Origin: Utricularia gibba
Taxonomy: Eukaryota > Plantae > Magnoliophyta
Length of the DNA stretch: 64,000 bases
Assembly (NCBI GenBank): GCA_002189035.1
Contig: NEEC01000002.1
Location: 248,001-312,000 of the forward strand
Reading direction: 5' to 3'
The position numbers were made by a program, and so were the translations under genes. The notes beneath the pieces are model-generated. The model saw only the letters and a program-made list of their open reading frames with translations, searched no databases and was not told the DNA's origin. The stretch's first letter is position 1, and each line of letters begins with the position of its first letter. Below, in pieces: positions 45,701-58,726 of this stretch.

Positions 45701-47145
45701 ATTTTTTGTTGTCCTAATTTTGTGTCTTCTTTCCTAGCTTTCGACGTGCACACTCCCTGTGCGTTGTCTTTTGTGAACCTTAATGAACTAGAAATTCCTT
45801 GCGTCATGATACATCTTTCTGGATCGTCATTCCTGAAAGGTCACTTAACCGATGCTAGAACAACTGCAAAATTCACTACTTCACGTGGGAGCAAGATGAA
45901 TGTACTGAAAACTTTGCAACAAACTTGAAGATTTGAATGGCAGTACCCTTGGTGTTTATTTGAATAATCATACCTTCGACTGTGCTAAACACCTCTCCTG
46001 GTTGCAGTCATCGTAAAATTCCAACCTTTGGAAACTATGTCTGGTATTCACTTCTTTGATTCCTTTATTTATTTCCCTAAGTTTCGAAAGTGCCACAATT
46101 TTTTTGTGACTCACATTTGCCATCGGGAAACTCCATTCTTCACATGTTCACTTACTGTCTTCTTCACCTGAAAACAAGGAGCTCCCTCGCTGCAATTCTT
46201 ATGCCAGAATCAACTGTTTGTGTTGGTGTGAAATCACTGATTTTGATTCCTGATAACTACAATCTTGACTGGTTCTGGTTGGCATCAATTGCAATGAGGC
46301 CATACTGTAAGTAGCTCATAAGTGCATCCTTTGTGTGTTCAGTGGACCACGAGCTGTATCTGTTGTGAACTCGGCATCAGAGAAGCTTGGAGGAGCAAGG
46401 GTTTTTGCCACTGCAGTTGTTCCTGATGAAATTCAAAAGATCAAGCTAGTACTCGAGAAATGGAGTGATGTCGACAAAATGGACCTCATTCTTACTCTTG
46501 GTGGGCATTGAACTTTCCTATTCCTCTCACAAAACTGCACGATTTTCTTTAGTCATTTGTCAATTGATGTTCATCGGTTGAACAGGCGGCACTGGATTCA
46601 CTCCCCGGGACGTTACCCCAGAAGCAACCAAAGCAGTGATACATAAGGAGACGCCTGGTTTACTTCATATTATGATGCAGGAGAGTTTGAAGGTGACATA
46701 ACACCGTTTCTTCTATTTTCTGCTTGATTCGGTTCCCATGTCATCGGTGTATACCGATCATTCCAACTGCAATGATCTCGATGAGCAGGTGACACCATTC
46801 GCAGTTCTTTCACGAGCAGCAGCAGGGATAAGAGGATCAACACTGGTAAATCTCGAAGCGGCGATTACCGTATGCATTTGCATCAGAAAAACCTGTTGAT
46901 TCTTGGTTTGTTGTCTTCATCAACATCTGTAGATCATCAACATGCCGGGGAATCCAAACGCCGTCGCGGAATGCATGGAGGCGTTGCTTCCGTCGCTGAA
47001 GCATGCGCTGCGGCAAATAAAGGGCGACAAGAGGGAGAAGCACCCTCGCCATGTTCCTCATGCGGAAGCGCTCCCCACGGACACATGGGAGCGTAGCTTC
47101 AAGAATGCCTCCGCTCAAGAGTCTGCTTGTTCTTGTTCTCATTGA
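42757..47145 (+). CDS. CNX1: Molybdopterin biosynthesis protein CNX1 (gephyrin-like, E domain followed by G domain)
   Basis: [19 protein letters not shown]|[112 protein letters not shown]-terminal ACSCSH*. Confidence 0.94.
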
Positions 47146-47409
47146 CGTGCTCTGTAGGCTGTAGCGGGAATTCTTGATCACCTCGTCTCTCTCGTGGATT
47201 TTTTTCAGATGGTTTGGAAATGCAATTGCAGAAACTTATGGAATGCTTTTTAAAATTTGAGAAATTATGAGGGCTTCCTTGCAGCAATCGAAGGAAGATT
47301 TTGCAATTAGGGCTTCCGTCATTCACTGGCTACTTGCTGCCTTCGGCATTTGGCTCATTCGAATATCTCTAGTCAGCATTCGCTGCCGCTCGTTTGAGGC
47401 TTTCCTGGA

Positions 47410-48756
47410 ATGGCCGTAACTTTCTCACATCTTCATGCCCAATCCGGCCTCTAGGCGCTCGACGATTTCCTTGCCGAGAAATCCTACATCGCCGGGTGAA
47501 AATCGTTTTCGTTTTCGTTTATGTTCGAGTTTCTTTTTTGGCTGAGTTTTCTGAAAAACTTATTATTTTCCGTGTGAATGTATTGTTCCACTTAGTGATC
47601 ATCTGACGAAAGATGATGTGAAAGTCTATGCGACGATAGTTGAGGTCCCGGGTGGCGATTACCCGAATGTTCGCAAGTGGTATGGAGCTGTTTCCTCAAA
47701 GTTGGCTCCCAGGTGCGTTGAATTTGTTAACTTTTCGGACAATGTTGAGGACATGCATATGTTGGTTGACAATGTGTGCGTTGGGTGTTTAAGCAACTAT
47801 TTTATTGGTGTAGATTTCCTGGTAAGGCTGCTGGCGTAAGGATTGGAGGTCATGCTGTGCCTTCCAAAGTAGCTGAAGCTAAGGTAGCTGTTTTAATCGA
47901 TCTTTTCATGTTTTACCCGGTGTTGGTTTGTCATGTAGAGTCTGGTTTATTGCATCAAAACTCACTTGCCTGTCGTAAGTAGAATTCACATAACTCTCGA
48001 TAGAAGTTATTATGCGATAGTCATGCAGATCAAGGGCAGCGTTTGACGGTCCTTGGGGGATAAATTTATTATCTGATTTCAATACATTTTCTGGGGTGTT
48101 TTGGAGATTGGTATCAGGACTGCATCAATGCTTCAAAGGGCTAGCTAGCTATGTGCCCGTGTTATCATATACTTGTTTGGTATTTTCTTTCCAGGAGCTG
48201 GCAGCACCCCCCGCTGCTGATGATGACGATGACCTTGATCTTTTCGGTGATGAGACAGAGGAGGATAAGAAGGCCGCCGAGCAGAGGGAGGCCGCAAAAG
48301 CTTCCACAAAGAAGGAGAGTAAGTGAAACACATTCTAGTCATCTGTAATATAAAATTCCTGCAAGATGGTCTTGGCCTATGCTATGAGCTGGTGATTTAT
48401 TGCAGGTGGGAAATCATCTGTGCTTATGGATATTAAACCTTGGGATGATGAAACCGATATGAAGAAGCTGGAGGAGGCTGTTCGTAATGTGGAGATGCCA
48501 GGCCTTCTATGGGGAGCATGTACGTAAAATCTGCACTTTCAATCCATAAATAACCAATCATCATCTCTCTCTCTCTCTGTTTTGCCCTTCAGCCAAACTG
48601 GTTCCTGTTGGGTATGGAATAAAGAAGCTGCAGATCATGCTCACAATCGTGGATGATCTCGTCTCAGTCGATGATCTGATTGAGGACCGTCTCACATCAG
48701 AGCCCTGCAATGAATACGTTCAAAGTTGTGATATCGTCGCCTTCAACAAAATTTGA
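47410..48756 (+). CDS. EF1B: Translation elongation factor eEF1B alpha/beta subunit, with an in-frame TAG at codon 15 (47452-47454)
   Basis: [28 protein letters not shown]|[11 protein letters not shown]...[15 protein letters not shown]...[26 protein letters not shown]...[19 protein letters not shown]...CDIVAFNKI*. Confidence 0.9.
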
Positions 48757-49314
48757 AGGCTGCGGATTTGCGGCATCAGTCTTCCTCCTTTTTGCTCTTC
48801 TGCCTCCCCATCCCTGTGTTTTGGCCTGCCCTTTAAAGCAAAGAAGAATGGTTTGTAGAACTGCATCCAGTTTTGAGAAAATAGGTTCGCCATCCCATTT
48901 TAATTACTTAACTTCCCTACCCTACCAAACTGTAATTTTGTTCTTATTTAATATTTATAATAAACATTTGTACCATAGAGCCATAAAGTAACACTTGACT
49001 TCCTTTTCAGAAATTTGAAAAATATTAATTTTTGTGAGTTGCAATACCCAATCGATATGTGGGGCCCACCACCCCGCTGCCACGTGTGAAACTCGGGGTA
49101 TTTTGACTGTTGCTACTTTTCCGGGATATTGAAAATAAATAATAGTATTTAAGTTGGGTAAAGTGTGCGAGGAATGCTGTAAATAAAAAGTTAATTTCTC
49201 TTTTTCCGTTCATGTCTTTCTTTCCTTTGTGGCTTTTGGTGTTCTCATTAGAAATAATGGAATCGGCACGAGACTTTCCATTACAAGCCCTCCGAATTTC
49301 CTTCGCCAAAGAAG

Positions 49315-49974
49315 ATGAAGAACCTCGATGAAGTGCAGGGGTCGTTTGACTTGGGCGGTGAACCATCGGAGAGTCACGTTTGCAGAGAGTGTGATCGGCG
49401 ATTCAGCTCCGGTAAGGCCTTGGGAGGGCATATGAGCCGCACGCATGCCCAGGGAGACGACGGGCGGCAGAAGAAACGGAAACTGAAGATTCTCGGGAGG
49501 AGAGATGACTCGGATGAAGCCGCCGTCTGCAATATTTGTCATAGGGTTTTCAATTCACGTAAATCCCTCCACGGTCACATGAGGAGCCACCCTGATCGTC
49601 CTTGGAGAGGTATGGACCCCGAACCCAAACCTGCGTCCGAGGCGAGGTCCCAGATGAACGACATAGACCGAATAGACATGATCGCCGCTGAACTTCTGGT
49701 TAACATGAGACTCGGGTACTACTCTACGGATTCAACCGTTGCCGGCAGCAGCGACGAATCGGATTCTGCCGGTGGAGTGAACTCCAGAATAGAAACGGAC
49801 ACGAAGGCAAAGAAACTCGACAGCTGTTCGAGTTCCCTGGAGGCGGATGGGTATTTAGCGAGGGTGACCGCCGGAGATAATTTGACGGCGGCTTGTGGAT
49901 CCACAAAGTTCGTCATCGATCTCAACGTTCAGGCATCACCGGAAGGTGGCGATTCGGAGGACTCCTTCCTTTGA
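49315..49974 (+). CDS. Two-finger C2H2 zinc-finger repressor (ZAT/DAZ-like) with a C-terminal EAR-type DLN motif, single exon
   Basis: CRECDRRFSSGKALGGHMSRTH, CNICHRVFNSRKSLHGHMRSHPDRPWRGM, AAELLVNM and IDLNVQA. Confidence 0.85.
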   Translation: MKNLDEVQGSFDLGGEPSESHVCRECDRRFSSGKALGGHMSRTHAQGDDGRQKKRKLKILGRRDDSDEAAVCNICHRVFNSRKSLHGHMRSHPDRPWRGMDPEPKPASEARSQMNDIDRIDMIAAELLVNMRLGYYSTDSTVAGSSDESDSAGGVNSRIETDTKAKKLDSCSSSLEADGYLARVTAGDNLTAACGSTKFVIDLNVQASPEGGDSEDSFL

Positions 49975-52214
49975 AGGATGCCATGCTCATGGTTATGAAT
50001 TGATGGTAAGCGTCTAGGGCTTGGTTAGGGTTTCTATTCCAATTCTAGGGCTCGAGGGACACACAGAAACCTTTCTTTCTTTCTCTCTGATTTCAGTCAT
50101 GAACTTTCATCCCTCGTTTCCCCTTTCACTTCACTGTTGCGTATCCGGATTTAGGGTTTTCCAATCTGAAAATACACTCCTCAAAACAATCCATGGTTGG
50201 AAGCTAAATGCGCCTACTGAGCGCATCACAGAGTTCAGAAACAAAGAATATTCGAACCCTTCTCTTGTTCTACATATAATGAAGGGTGCACCAGAGAAAG
50301 ATAAAGCTAACCTTTTTATCGGCATCAGGATTGTTCCCTTTTCTGATTCTCATCTCCTAGAATGTTTGTAAAGACAGTTCGTCAACACAAGGATTTTGCA
50401 AAATAAAAGCAATCTGTGTTCCTGGTTTAGGCTGAGTGGGACGCTGAGAGAAGAACTTGAACTGGGTTCCCGATGTTCTCTGACGTTACCAGACACAAGA
50501 TTGTGATTTGCAAAGATTGGAGTCCTGTTGATACTCGTGAATCAACAGACCGACTGCCATGTTCAGAGCTGGTTCTGAGTTCCCCAACTGCTTGTATAGC
50601 TACCAAGATAAAGATAATCCAGTGAATGCATTTTGCTCTACTGCATTGTTGGATGTTTCTGTACAATCTCAAATTGGTGAGTAGGAATCCAAAGGAAATT
50701 CAGATGTCATTCCAGATCCATTTTGACCAATCAGGACGCCTTCTTCTCCTTCCACCCTAAAGGGATCAAACCAGATATATTGGATTTTGACGCCAGCATA
50801 TGCAGAAAGTCCAAAACAGATGCACATTCATTCCATCTGATAAAGATGGCCAGGATTGCTAATAAGCCATGCAATCCCATGACAAAAGTATCAACCCCGG
50901 ATGAAATGAACAGAAGTATCATCGCAGTGATACCTATAGAGGCGTTCACCTGAAATAATAGTTGATATGCTGTATAATTTGACTGCATCAGTAAGGTACT
51001 TTTGATACTGCAACTCCTCTGCTCGGATAGAGGAATATGACAAGATTTATTCATCCGGAATAGCAGAATGATGGATAGCAAGCGAAGAAAATCCAAGGAA
51101 TTGGTGATGATTTTGAAGCTATCCCCACAACTTCCACGAAAAAGGTTGTTTTATGTATGCAGAAATGAGTACCTGGGCTCACAACCATGGGAACAATGGA
51201 GGGAAAACGGCACCACAGGGGCTACATTACCATATGGCACATCTGTTGCATGATCACTACCATAATTCAATTAGCACAAGGAATTTGATAGATAACAGTG
51301 TTATTTGAGCCCGGAGAATGTAACCGCGAGTTTCAGTTGGGAATCATGGGTGTCAGGGGCTCCTCAACAGAATAGGGCTTGAATTCTTATTTCTATTGAA
51401 CCTTCCATCAGTTGGGAACCATCTTATTTGAGCCGGTGTCCTTATTTGAACCTGCCATTAGACCCTCTACAGCGGTGGCAGCCCTCCTCGATAACAGGCT
51501 GTAATTCGGAGAGGATGAACAGTAGATTCCATGAATCAAGAATGCAAGGAACCACATGTTATGTACAAAACGATTAGTGCCAATAAATAAACTACGTGAA
51601 ACAGGGCAGAGAACAAAAAAATAGAAGACATGAACAACCACCCGAGGCCTAGTACCAAAATCACCCGCGCTTGGATCTCCATCGAACTGATCAAGACTGG
51701 GAATCATCCCCGTTCGAAGGAGGATGCAAGCCTTTCGACCGCCATTTCGGCTTTTTAATCGATAGCTTGTCTCGATTATCATCGATCGCATTACTATTCT
51801 TCATCGTTTTTGCGTAAGACGGTAGTGCTGCATCTAGCAAGAAAATATGGCTGGAACCTTGGCCGCGAGGGCTCCGGCGACGACCGCCAAGCGTGGCGTG
51901 CTCAACGGACGAGACAGAGATCCCAAAGAGTATGGTGGCGCGCTGTGGGGTTCACGTTTATTCCGGCTTGCCGTTTCCCAGTGGGCACCAGACCAGGCAG
52001 GTGCAAGGTACTGAAATTACTAACCATTTAGTCCAATAGTTTCTCTAAATAACAATTTAGCCTTCCAAATTAATCGTCAAAAATTGCAAATAAATTAAAA
52101 AATAAGTTTATAATAATAAAATTTGATAGTTTTATTTTTTATTATTATTGTGGTTTATACGGAAAGCCCGTGCGCTTCCAATCCCAAAGAAGCTGGTGAT
52201 TGAAAGAAGAAGAA

Positions 52215-53064
<850 letters not shown>

Positions 53065-53398
53065 GATTCACCACGTTATGGTTAGCCAGTCAGGTTGGTG
53101 CATTATCTTCCTTGTGGTGTTATACCATCATCGTGGTTTGGCATTCAACGAAAAGCATATCTGACGCATCACCTTGTCCTCTATTTGCTACGCATAAAGA
53201 AACAGTCTTGTTCTATTAGACGCTTTTCGAAACAGTACAAGAAGGGAGGATACCTGAGTGAAGGGGCCTCCTCCGATGCAGGGGACAAAAGGGTGAAAGT
53301 GGGAAAGATAAGAGGTAAAAAAATATGGGCTATAGACCTTTGTCTGGTAGGTTCTATTTCCTTTTAATTATATGCTTTGAATAAACATGGATATTTAT

Positions 53399-54310
53399 TT
53401 AGTTTAAAGAAGCTCCGTAGTTGGATCCTGCTATTCCGGCGCGGCTGCCGCCGCCCAAATCGGCGGGGTGGAGAATAAGATGGGAGGAGGAAGAAGGTGC
53501 ATCACTGGGGGCCCTGCCGCTGAGATGCAGATCAGATATATTTGGAAGGCCACGCCGAGCCTCGACCCTGTGTTCGTACAAAAAACCTCTGAAAACATGG
53601 CCGCCAATTCGCACCGCCGCCTGATACGCGCATTGATCTTCGCCGTCATCCAACGCCGCTACTCTCACGCACCTGAACACCGCCGGAGCAGTCACTTGCC
53701 CCGGCATCGATTCCCTCAAACTCCCACCTACGAAAGTAAATCGAAAGGCAGGCGCTTGTGATTTATACTGAAAAACAGTAGAGTGCATCGTGATTGAAAT
53801 AGGAGTACCTTGATGGCCAGAGATGGTGTCGAGCCTTCGCGGTGGGGTGGTGCTGGTGGTTTGGGACGCGCCGCCGAGTCTTCGCTTCTTGGAAACGGAA
53901 GTTGACGAAGAAGATGCGGGGTCATGGTCGCGGCGGCGGGCGGCGGGAACCCATGTGCTTTTCACGTGCGTGGAGCAGTAAAAACCACGGCTTTTACAGC
54001 AAGTTCTGCATCTTCGGTGAGAACAGTCTTTCTTGGCTTGGTTTCCGCAGTCTTGGCAACTCGAGGTTCTGTTTGAAGACTCTAGACTCATGGCCTTTTT
54101 AGAGGAGCTACTGGTATGCCTCTGTATCTGTTGTTCTTCCGATGACGGCGGCGGCGGCGGCGGCGGGGGCGCGTGATATAGTGCAGCGGTGAGAAGAGGG
54201 ATGACGCCGATGGTGGCGTTTGGGTCGAAGGTGGGAACAGCCCCCGGCGCGACGAAAAAGAATTCCGGCGGAACGCCGTGCCGGGAACCCGCCGCCTCTG
54301 AAGACCACAT
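53399..54310 (-). CDS. LRP1: SHI/STY (SRS) family zinc-finger transcription factor, LRP1 subclade, 2 exons
   Basis: CQDCGNQAKKDCSHRRCRTCCKSRGFYCSTHVKSTWVPAARRR RING-like finger, IGGH domain (AYQAAVRIGGHVFRGFLYE), LPNISDLHL. Intron 53808-53728. Confidence 0.9.
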   Translation of the reverse strand: MWSSEAAGSRHGVPPEFFFVAPGAVPTFDPNATIGVIPLLTAALYHAPPPPPPPPSSEEQQIQRHTSSSSKKAMSLESSNRTSSCQDCGNQAKKDCSHRRCRTCCKSRGFYCSTHVKSTWVPAARRRDHDPASSSSTSVSKKRRLGGASQTTSTTPPRRLDTISGHQGTPISITMHSTVFQYKSQAPAFRFTFVGGSLRESMPGQVTAPAVFRCVRVAALDDGEDQCAYQAAVRIGGHVFRGFLYEHRVEARRGLPNISDLHLSGRAPSDAPSSSSHLILHPADLGGGSRAGIAGSNYGASLN

Positions 54311-54991
54311 TCCAAAACCAAATCGGAAATCTCCTGGGAATCGCACTCGCCGAATAGGGGTGGATACAGGGAAATAAAATCACTGAAGATCTCTGCACTC
54401 AAAAGTGGACGTAAAAGGCAAGAATACATAAAAGAAGCTGCTGCTGCTGCTGTTTTGTTTTGTTTCTGAGCGTCGAACTTGAAAGTGGCTATGTAGCATC
54501 GACTGCACCTTAACTGCTGCTGTAACTGTAGGATCCTTTCTGCTTCTGCAAAAGCAAGAAACCCTGGAAGGAGATTGGAGACTAGAGGCAGAGGCAGAGC
54601 AAATGAATGAGGGTCGGAGAAAGAAGTGAAAAGAATCTTTCTTGATTGCAGAAACCATAAAACCCTGTTTTACAGATTTGATTTCAGCTGTAGAAACTAT
54701 GGAGAGAGAGAAAGGGACAACGTTCAAGGAGTGTGATTGGGCTAGGGGCCCTCTCTCACATTCCTCGCTTTCCAATTTCCGTGTACTACACGGGCGGACT
54801 CCTGTTTGCTTCCTAGCTATTGGAGAAAGGGGCGAAGAACAGTCAAATAAAGATGCCATCTTGCCACACTAGAGTTTCAAGGCTAAATGCAATTCAGCAA
54901 AGTAGTCGAATCATGAGGCAAGGAGATAGGCCATTTTTTACAGTATTCGCAACCCTGCAGTACCCACACCGACGAAGATATATATTGCAGC

Positions 54992-56621
54992 TCAGATCCT
55001 GGAAGGAATGAGGGGGGTGCTGTTCTGGAAGTATGCAGAAGCTGCAGCAACTCCGCTCCCGAGCTTCACCGGATACCCCACATCTTTCAGCACCATCTCC
55101 ACTCCGGCAAGGCACCCCAGCAGTTGCAGCTGCATCAATGGTATACAATTTTAGTGTGTACTTTTTGTAGCGTGTTGCCACTCTTTAGCAATGCTGATAC
55201 TGAAGCTGCAGACCGGTATGTCAATCCCTTACCTCATTCAGGTTCCCGAGGTGGCCTATCCTGAAAACTTTCCCAGCCACCTTGTTAAGTCCCAAGCCCA
55301 GACTTAAGTTGTATCGCTTCCATGCACGGCGAACTATCTCGGAGCTATCAATGTATGGTGGCACCACGACGGCAGTTACCGTGTCACTGTGCCATTCCTC
55401 CTTCTGGGTGCAATTCTTCAAGCCCCATGCCTCTACAGCAAGCCTGCATTTTCAAGGTAAGGTAACACTCTATTCCTTCTTGCTTCTTGATTTTTTTTTT
55501 TTTTCTTTTGTCTCCGGTCCCCGATAATTTTACAAGAGATAAACAACAGACCTTGTTGCTTTACCAAGGCGAGCATGCCTGGCGATTACATTGTCGAGCC
55601 CTTCTTCGAAGATGAGATCCAATGCAGCTCTTAGACCATAGAGAAGCTGAATCGAAGGAGTGTATGGCCAGTAGGTGCCCAGCTTATAGAACTTCAAGTA
55701 GTCATTCCAATCAAAGAAAACTCTGACAGATTTTGCTGATTTGGAAGCTTCAAGTGCCTTAGGACTTGCGCACACAAGTCCTATTCCAGTGGGAAGAGAA
55801 AGAGCCTTTTGGGAGCCAGTAAGAGCCACATCGATTCCCCACTCATCCATGCGGAAATCAAGAGCACAAATGGATGAAACACCATCGACAAGAAAGAGTG
55901 CAGGATGGCCATACTGATCTGCATCCCTTGGAGATGATTATTAGCAGGTGACAAAATGAACAATTCATACATCACCCACAGAAAGCATGATCATAATAAT
56001 TATGTGGGAAGTGCTAACCGAGTATTTTCCGAACAGTGGCCAGGTTGTTGGTTACCCCAGTTGCTGTCTCGTTGTGCACGATGCATATGGCCTTGATGGT
56101 GTGACTGCTGTCTTGAGCAATCTTTGAGGCCAGAATGTCAAGATCGGCACCTTGACCCCAGTCACTCTCAACAACATCCACATTGAAGTTCAGGCGTTGT
56201 TGCTGATCGATCCAGAGCAAACTGAATTGACCGATCAAGAATGAAATAATGCGATCACCAGGGGACAGGGTGTTTGTGAGTGCACTTTCCCATGCACCAG
56301 TGCCTGTTCAAAAATCTTCTTAGAAAGCACTGCCTAATTTTGAGAACTGTTTAACAAGCAAGCTCCCAGGTGCTAGTTCATGACAGTAGTTTTATAAACA
56401 ATCACATGATCAGTACCCGTTGTTGGAATGAGAAAGGGAGTTCCAGATGTGGTCTTGAATATCTTCTTCACATCTTCCAACAGAGTCTTGGTCATTGCTG
56501 GAACTGCTGGAGAACGATAGTCCTCGTTGTTCCGGTTCATAGCACGAATTACCTGGTCCGGAATATTGACCGGCCCTGGCACGAACAAGTGATTTCTTCC
56601 TGGCCCATAAACGTAGTCCAT
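54992..56621 (-). CDS. AGT1: Peroxisomal serine:glyoxylate aminotransferase (photorespiration), PTS1 = SRI
   Basis: MDYVYGPGRNHLFVPGPVNIP, TGAWESALTN, VHNETATGV, VDGVSS, TGSQKALSLPTG (PLP lysine), FRIGHLGNLNE, ends LIPSRI*. Confidence 0.96.
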
Positions 56622-57429
56622 CCTCTCTGACAAAAAAAAAACACAACTCAATGGACAAGGCGATAAACGGCTAGAACATATGTATCCTTATACATCTCAC
56701 TCAATAAAACAGGAGAGGACAATTATCTTTTTGGCAACATAAACTCTGTGATTTGTACCAAATAGTTAACTCTCCAAAGGCATCGACAACCATCTCAAGA
56801 TTTATAACGAGTCAATAAACATGCCAATCCCATGTCAGAGACCGGATACCCACAAGGAAGGATATGTCTGGATTTCATGTGCAGCAATCCCCAGGTTTTT
56901 TTAAGGCCAAAGCCAAATAGAGTGATAGATAAACTAACTAAACTTAGCTAGCAATTCTGTCTAGTTTTCTCAAAGCAACTCAAACCTGCAGCCAAGGAAG
57001 TCAAATATATCCACCTTGAACCGAAACACACACACAGAAAAAAAATAATTTTTCAGCGAAAGTGGTCAAAAGCAGATCCACCGAAGTTCCAAATGAAAGC
57101 TGCCAAGGGTGGCTATTAAATCCCAACAAGCTCATCGCTCATACAAAAACCAGCAATCGATTTACAGAGTGCTCCACCGCAGGGCTGGCCGATTATGGGC
57201 ATGCACACAAAAACCACTCATTACCCAACTAACGATCAAATCATAACCCAATAGCCAGAAATATTCATATTCTTGTATCAGATATCAGTCACTCACACAG
57301 CGCATGAAAAGGATACAGAAACGTAGACGAAGAGAAAGTAAAGGCGCACCAAGAAAACAAGGGAGCGCAGAATCCCGTCCCTGAAACTGGGAGCTTTCAG
57401 CTTGAGAAGATAAGTAAAGTGTAGTTTAT

Positions 57430-58102
57430 ATCAAGGGTCGCGCGAGGGGCAGCAGTGGGACCCCTCCGCCTCCCTTCCGATGACGTGCCGGATAATGTGA
57501 TTTTCTTCCTGCGGCTGTGAACCCACGACGGAGTTCCCTGGAGCAAAAAATTAGGAAGCTTATTTGCTTACAAGCCATTTTACTTACTCCTATTTGCTTT
57601 TCGATCCCAATTTTTGTGTTTATTGTGGTTTAGGGCTGAAAAAAATAACAATCCCCCGATTTTTGTATTATAATTTAATTCATTAATTATAATTTTCTGA
57701 ATTTAGTTTTAAAAATTAATTTTGAAATTCTTATTTTTGTAGAGTGTGAGGTGGAGAGTGGAGTTGGAGAGATAAAGCGATAAACCGTTGAGTTGCCACA
57801 AAAAAGATGAGTTGCATACGTACTGCACGCGGACACGTGTCCCGCTCGATCAGAATAAAATAATTTTCTTTTATTTATTAATTATAATTTTAAAAATACG
57901 TGTATTTGATTCATTGTATGATTTATAAAAATATTTAAATTTAATATTAATGCGCGTAGATACATGTTTTTTATTTTAATTTTGAACAGCGTGGCGGGAC
58001 GGGCGCGACGGCTTTGGATAGGAGTTCAAGACGTGGCAGTAGTTGATTGGGCAAACCTCATCTCCTCTTCCGATAAGAGAATCGATCGTCTATCCATAAA
58101 TA
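57430..58102. promoter_or_regulatory. Divergent promoter between AGT1 and PsbTn with light-response elements
   Basis: Palindromic G-box GGACACGTGTCC (57831-57842), ACGTGGC (58031-58037), I-box GATAAG (58072-58077), TGACGTG and GGATAA (57481-57495), TATA-like elements at about 57425 (minus strand) and 58095 (plus strand). Confidence 0.6.
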
Positions 58103-58154
58103 AACCGTCAGCGTTTAAGGAACCCTAGAATTCACGTCGTCCGGATCATCTTCA

Positions 58155-58457
58155 ATGGCTTCTCTGACCCTCGGTGCTACATTCCTCGCTACATCAGCCG
58201 CCGCGTCGAGGAGCCTTCCGACCCGCCGTGGAGCAGTGAGGGCGTCGGCCGAATCGAGGCGAGAAATGGTGGTGGAGACCGAGAGTGAGAGCAGCAACAC
58301 GAGGAGGAATGTGATGGTGGCGATGGCAGCGGCGGCTGTGTCCGCCGTCGCGGGTGTCGCTGTGGCCGAGGAGCCGAAGCGAGGGACCCCAGAGGCGAAG
58401 AAGAAGTACGGACCCATCTGCGTCGCCATGCCCACTGCTCGCATATGCCGCTACTGA
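58155..58457 (+). CDS. PSBTN: Nuclear-encoded photosystem II 5 kDa protein (PsbTn) with a bipartite transit peptide
   Basis: Tat-type RR motif ([14 protein letters not shown]), AxA cleavage site, mature [29 protein letters not shown] with two Cys. Confidence 0.93.
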   Translation: MASLTLGATFLATSAAASRSLPTRRGAVRASAESRREMVVETESESSNTRRNVMVAMAAAAVSAVAGVAVAEEPKRGTPEAKKKYGPICVAMPTARICRY

Positions 58458-58726
58458 GCGTCGCGGCTGCCTGTGCCCCCTGTAGTATTCTGTTCTTCTA
58501 CTGTGTAATTCACGCTTTGCACTGCGCTCAAGTGTATATCTTCCTTGAGACAACATGCATTTTATGCTTCACCTCTTTCGAAATGTCCGGTGACCGTAAA
58601 CAGTACTCTACACTAGAACAACAGTCTCCAGCGCCTTGCACTCACCGATTTGATGGAAACCCAACTCCAATCTCACTAAGAAAAGAAGCCAGGGATACTA
58701 TCCTTCCCTTTTTGTCTGCCATTGCT

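Noticed and set aside
21207-47454. UAG reassignment or systematic read-through, suggested by in-frame TAGs in DnaJ and eEF1B
   Set aside because: TAG acts as a normal terminator in this window (e.g. ELM1 at 17856-17858). The two sites need different amino acids (Arg versus Lys/Gln/Glu), and the DnaJ case is explained by a homopolymer shift.
50020-50160. TTAGGG-like motifs as an interstitial telomere
   Set aside because: They are isolated single copies (telo-box-like), not a tandem TTTAGGG array.
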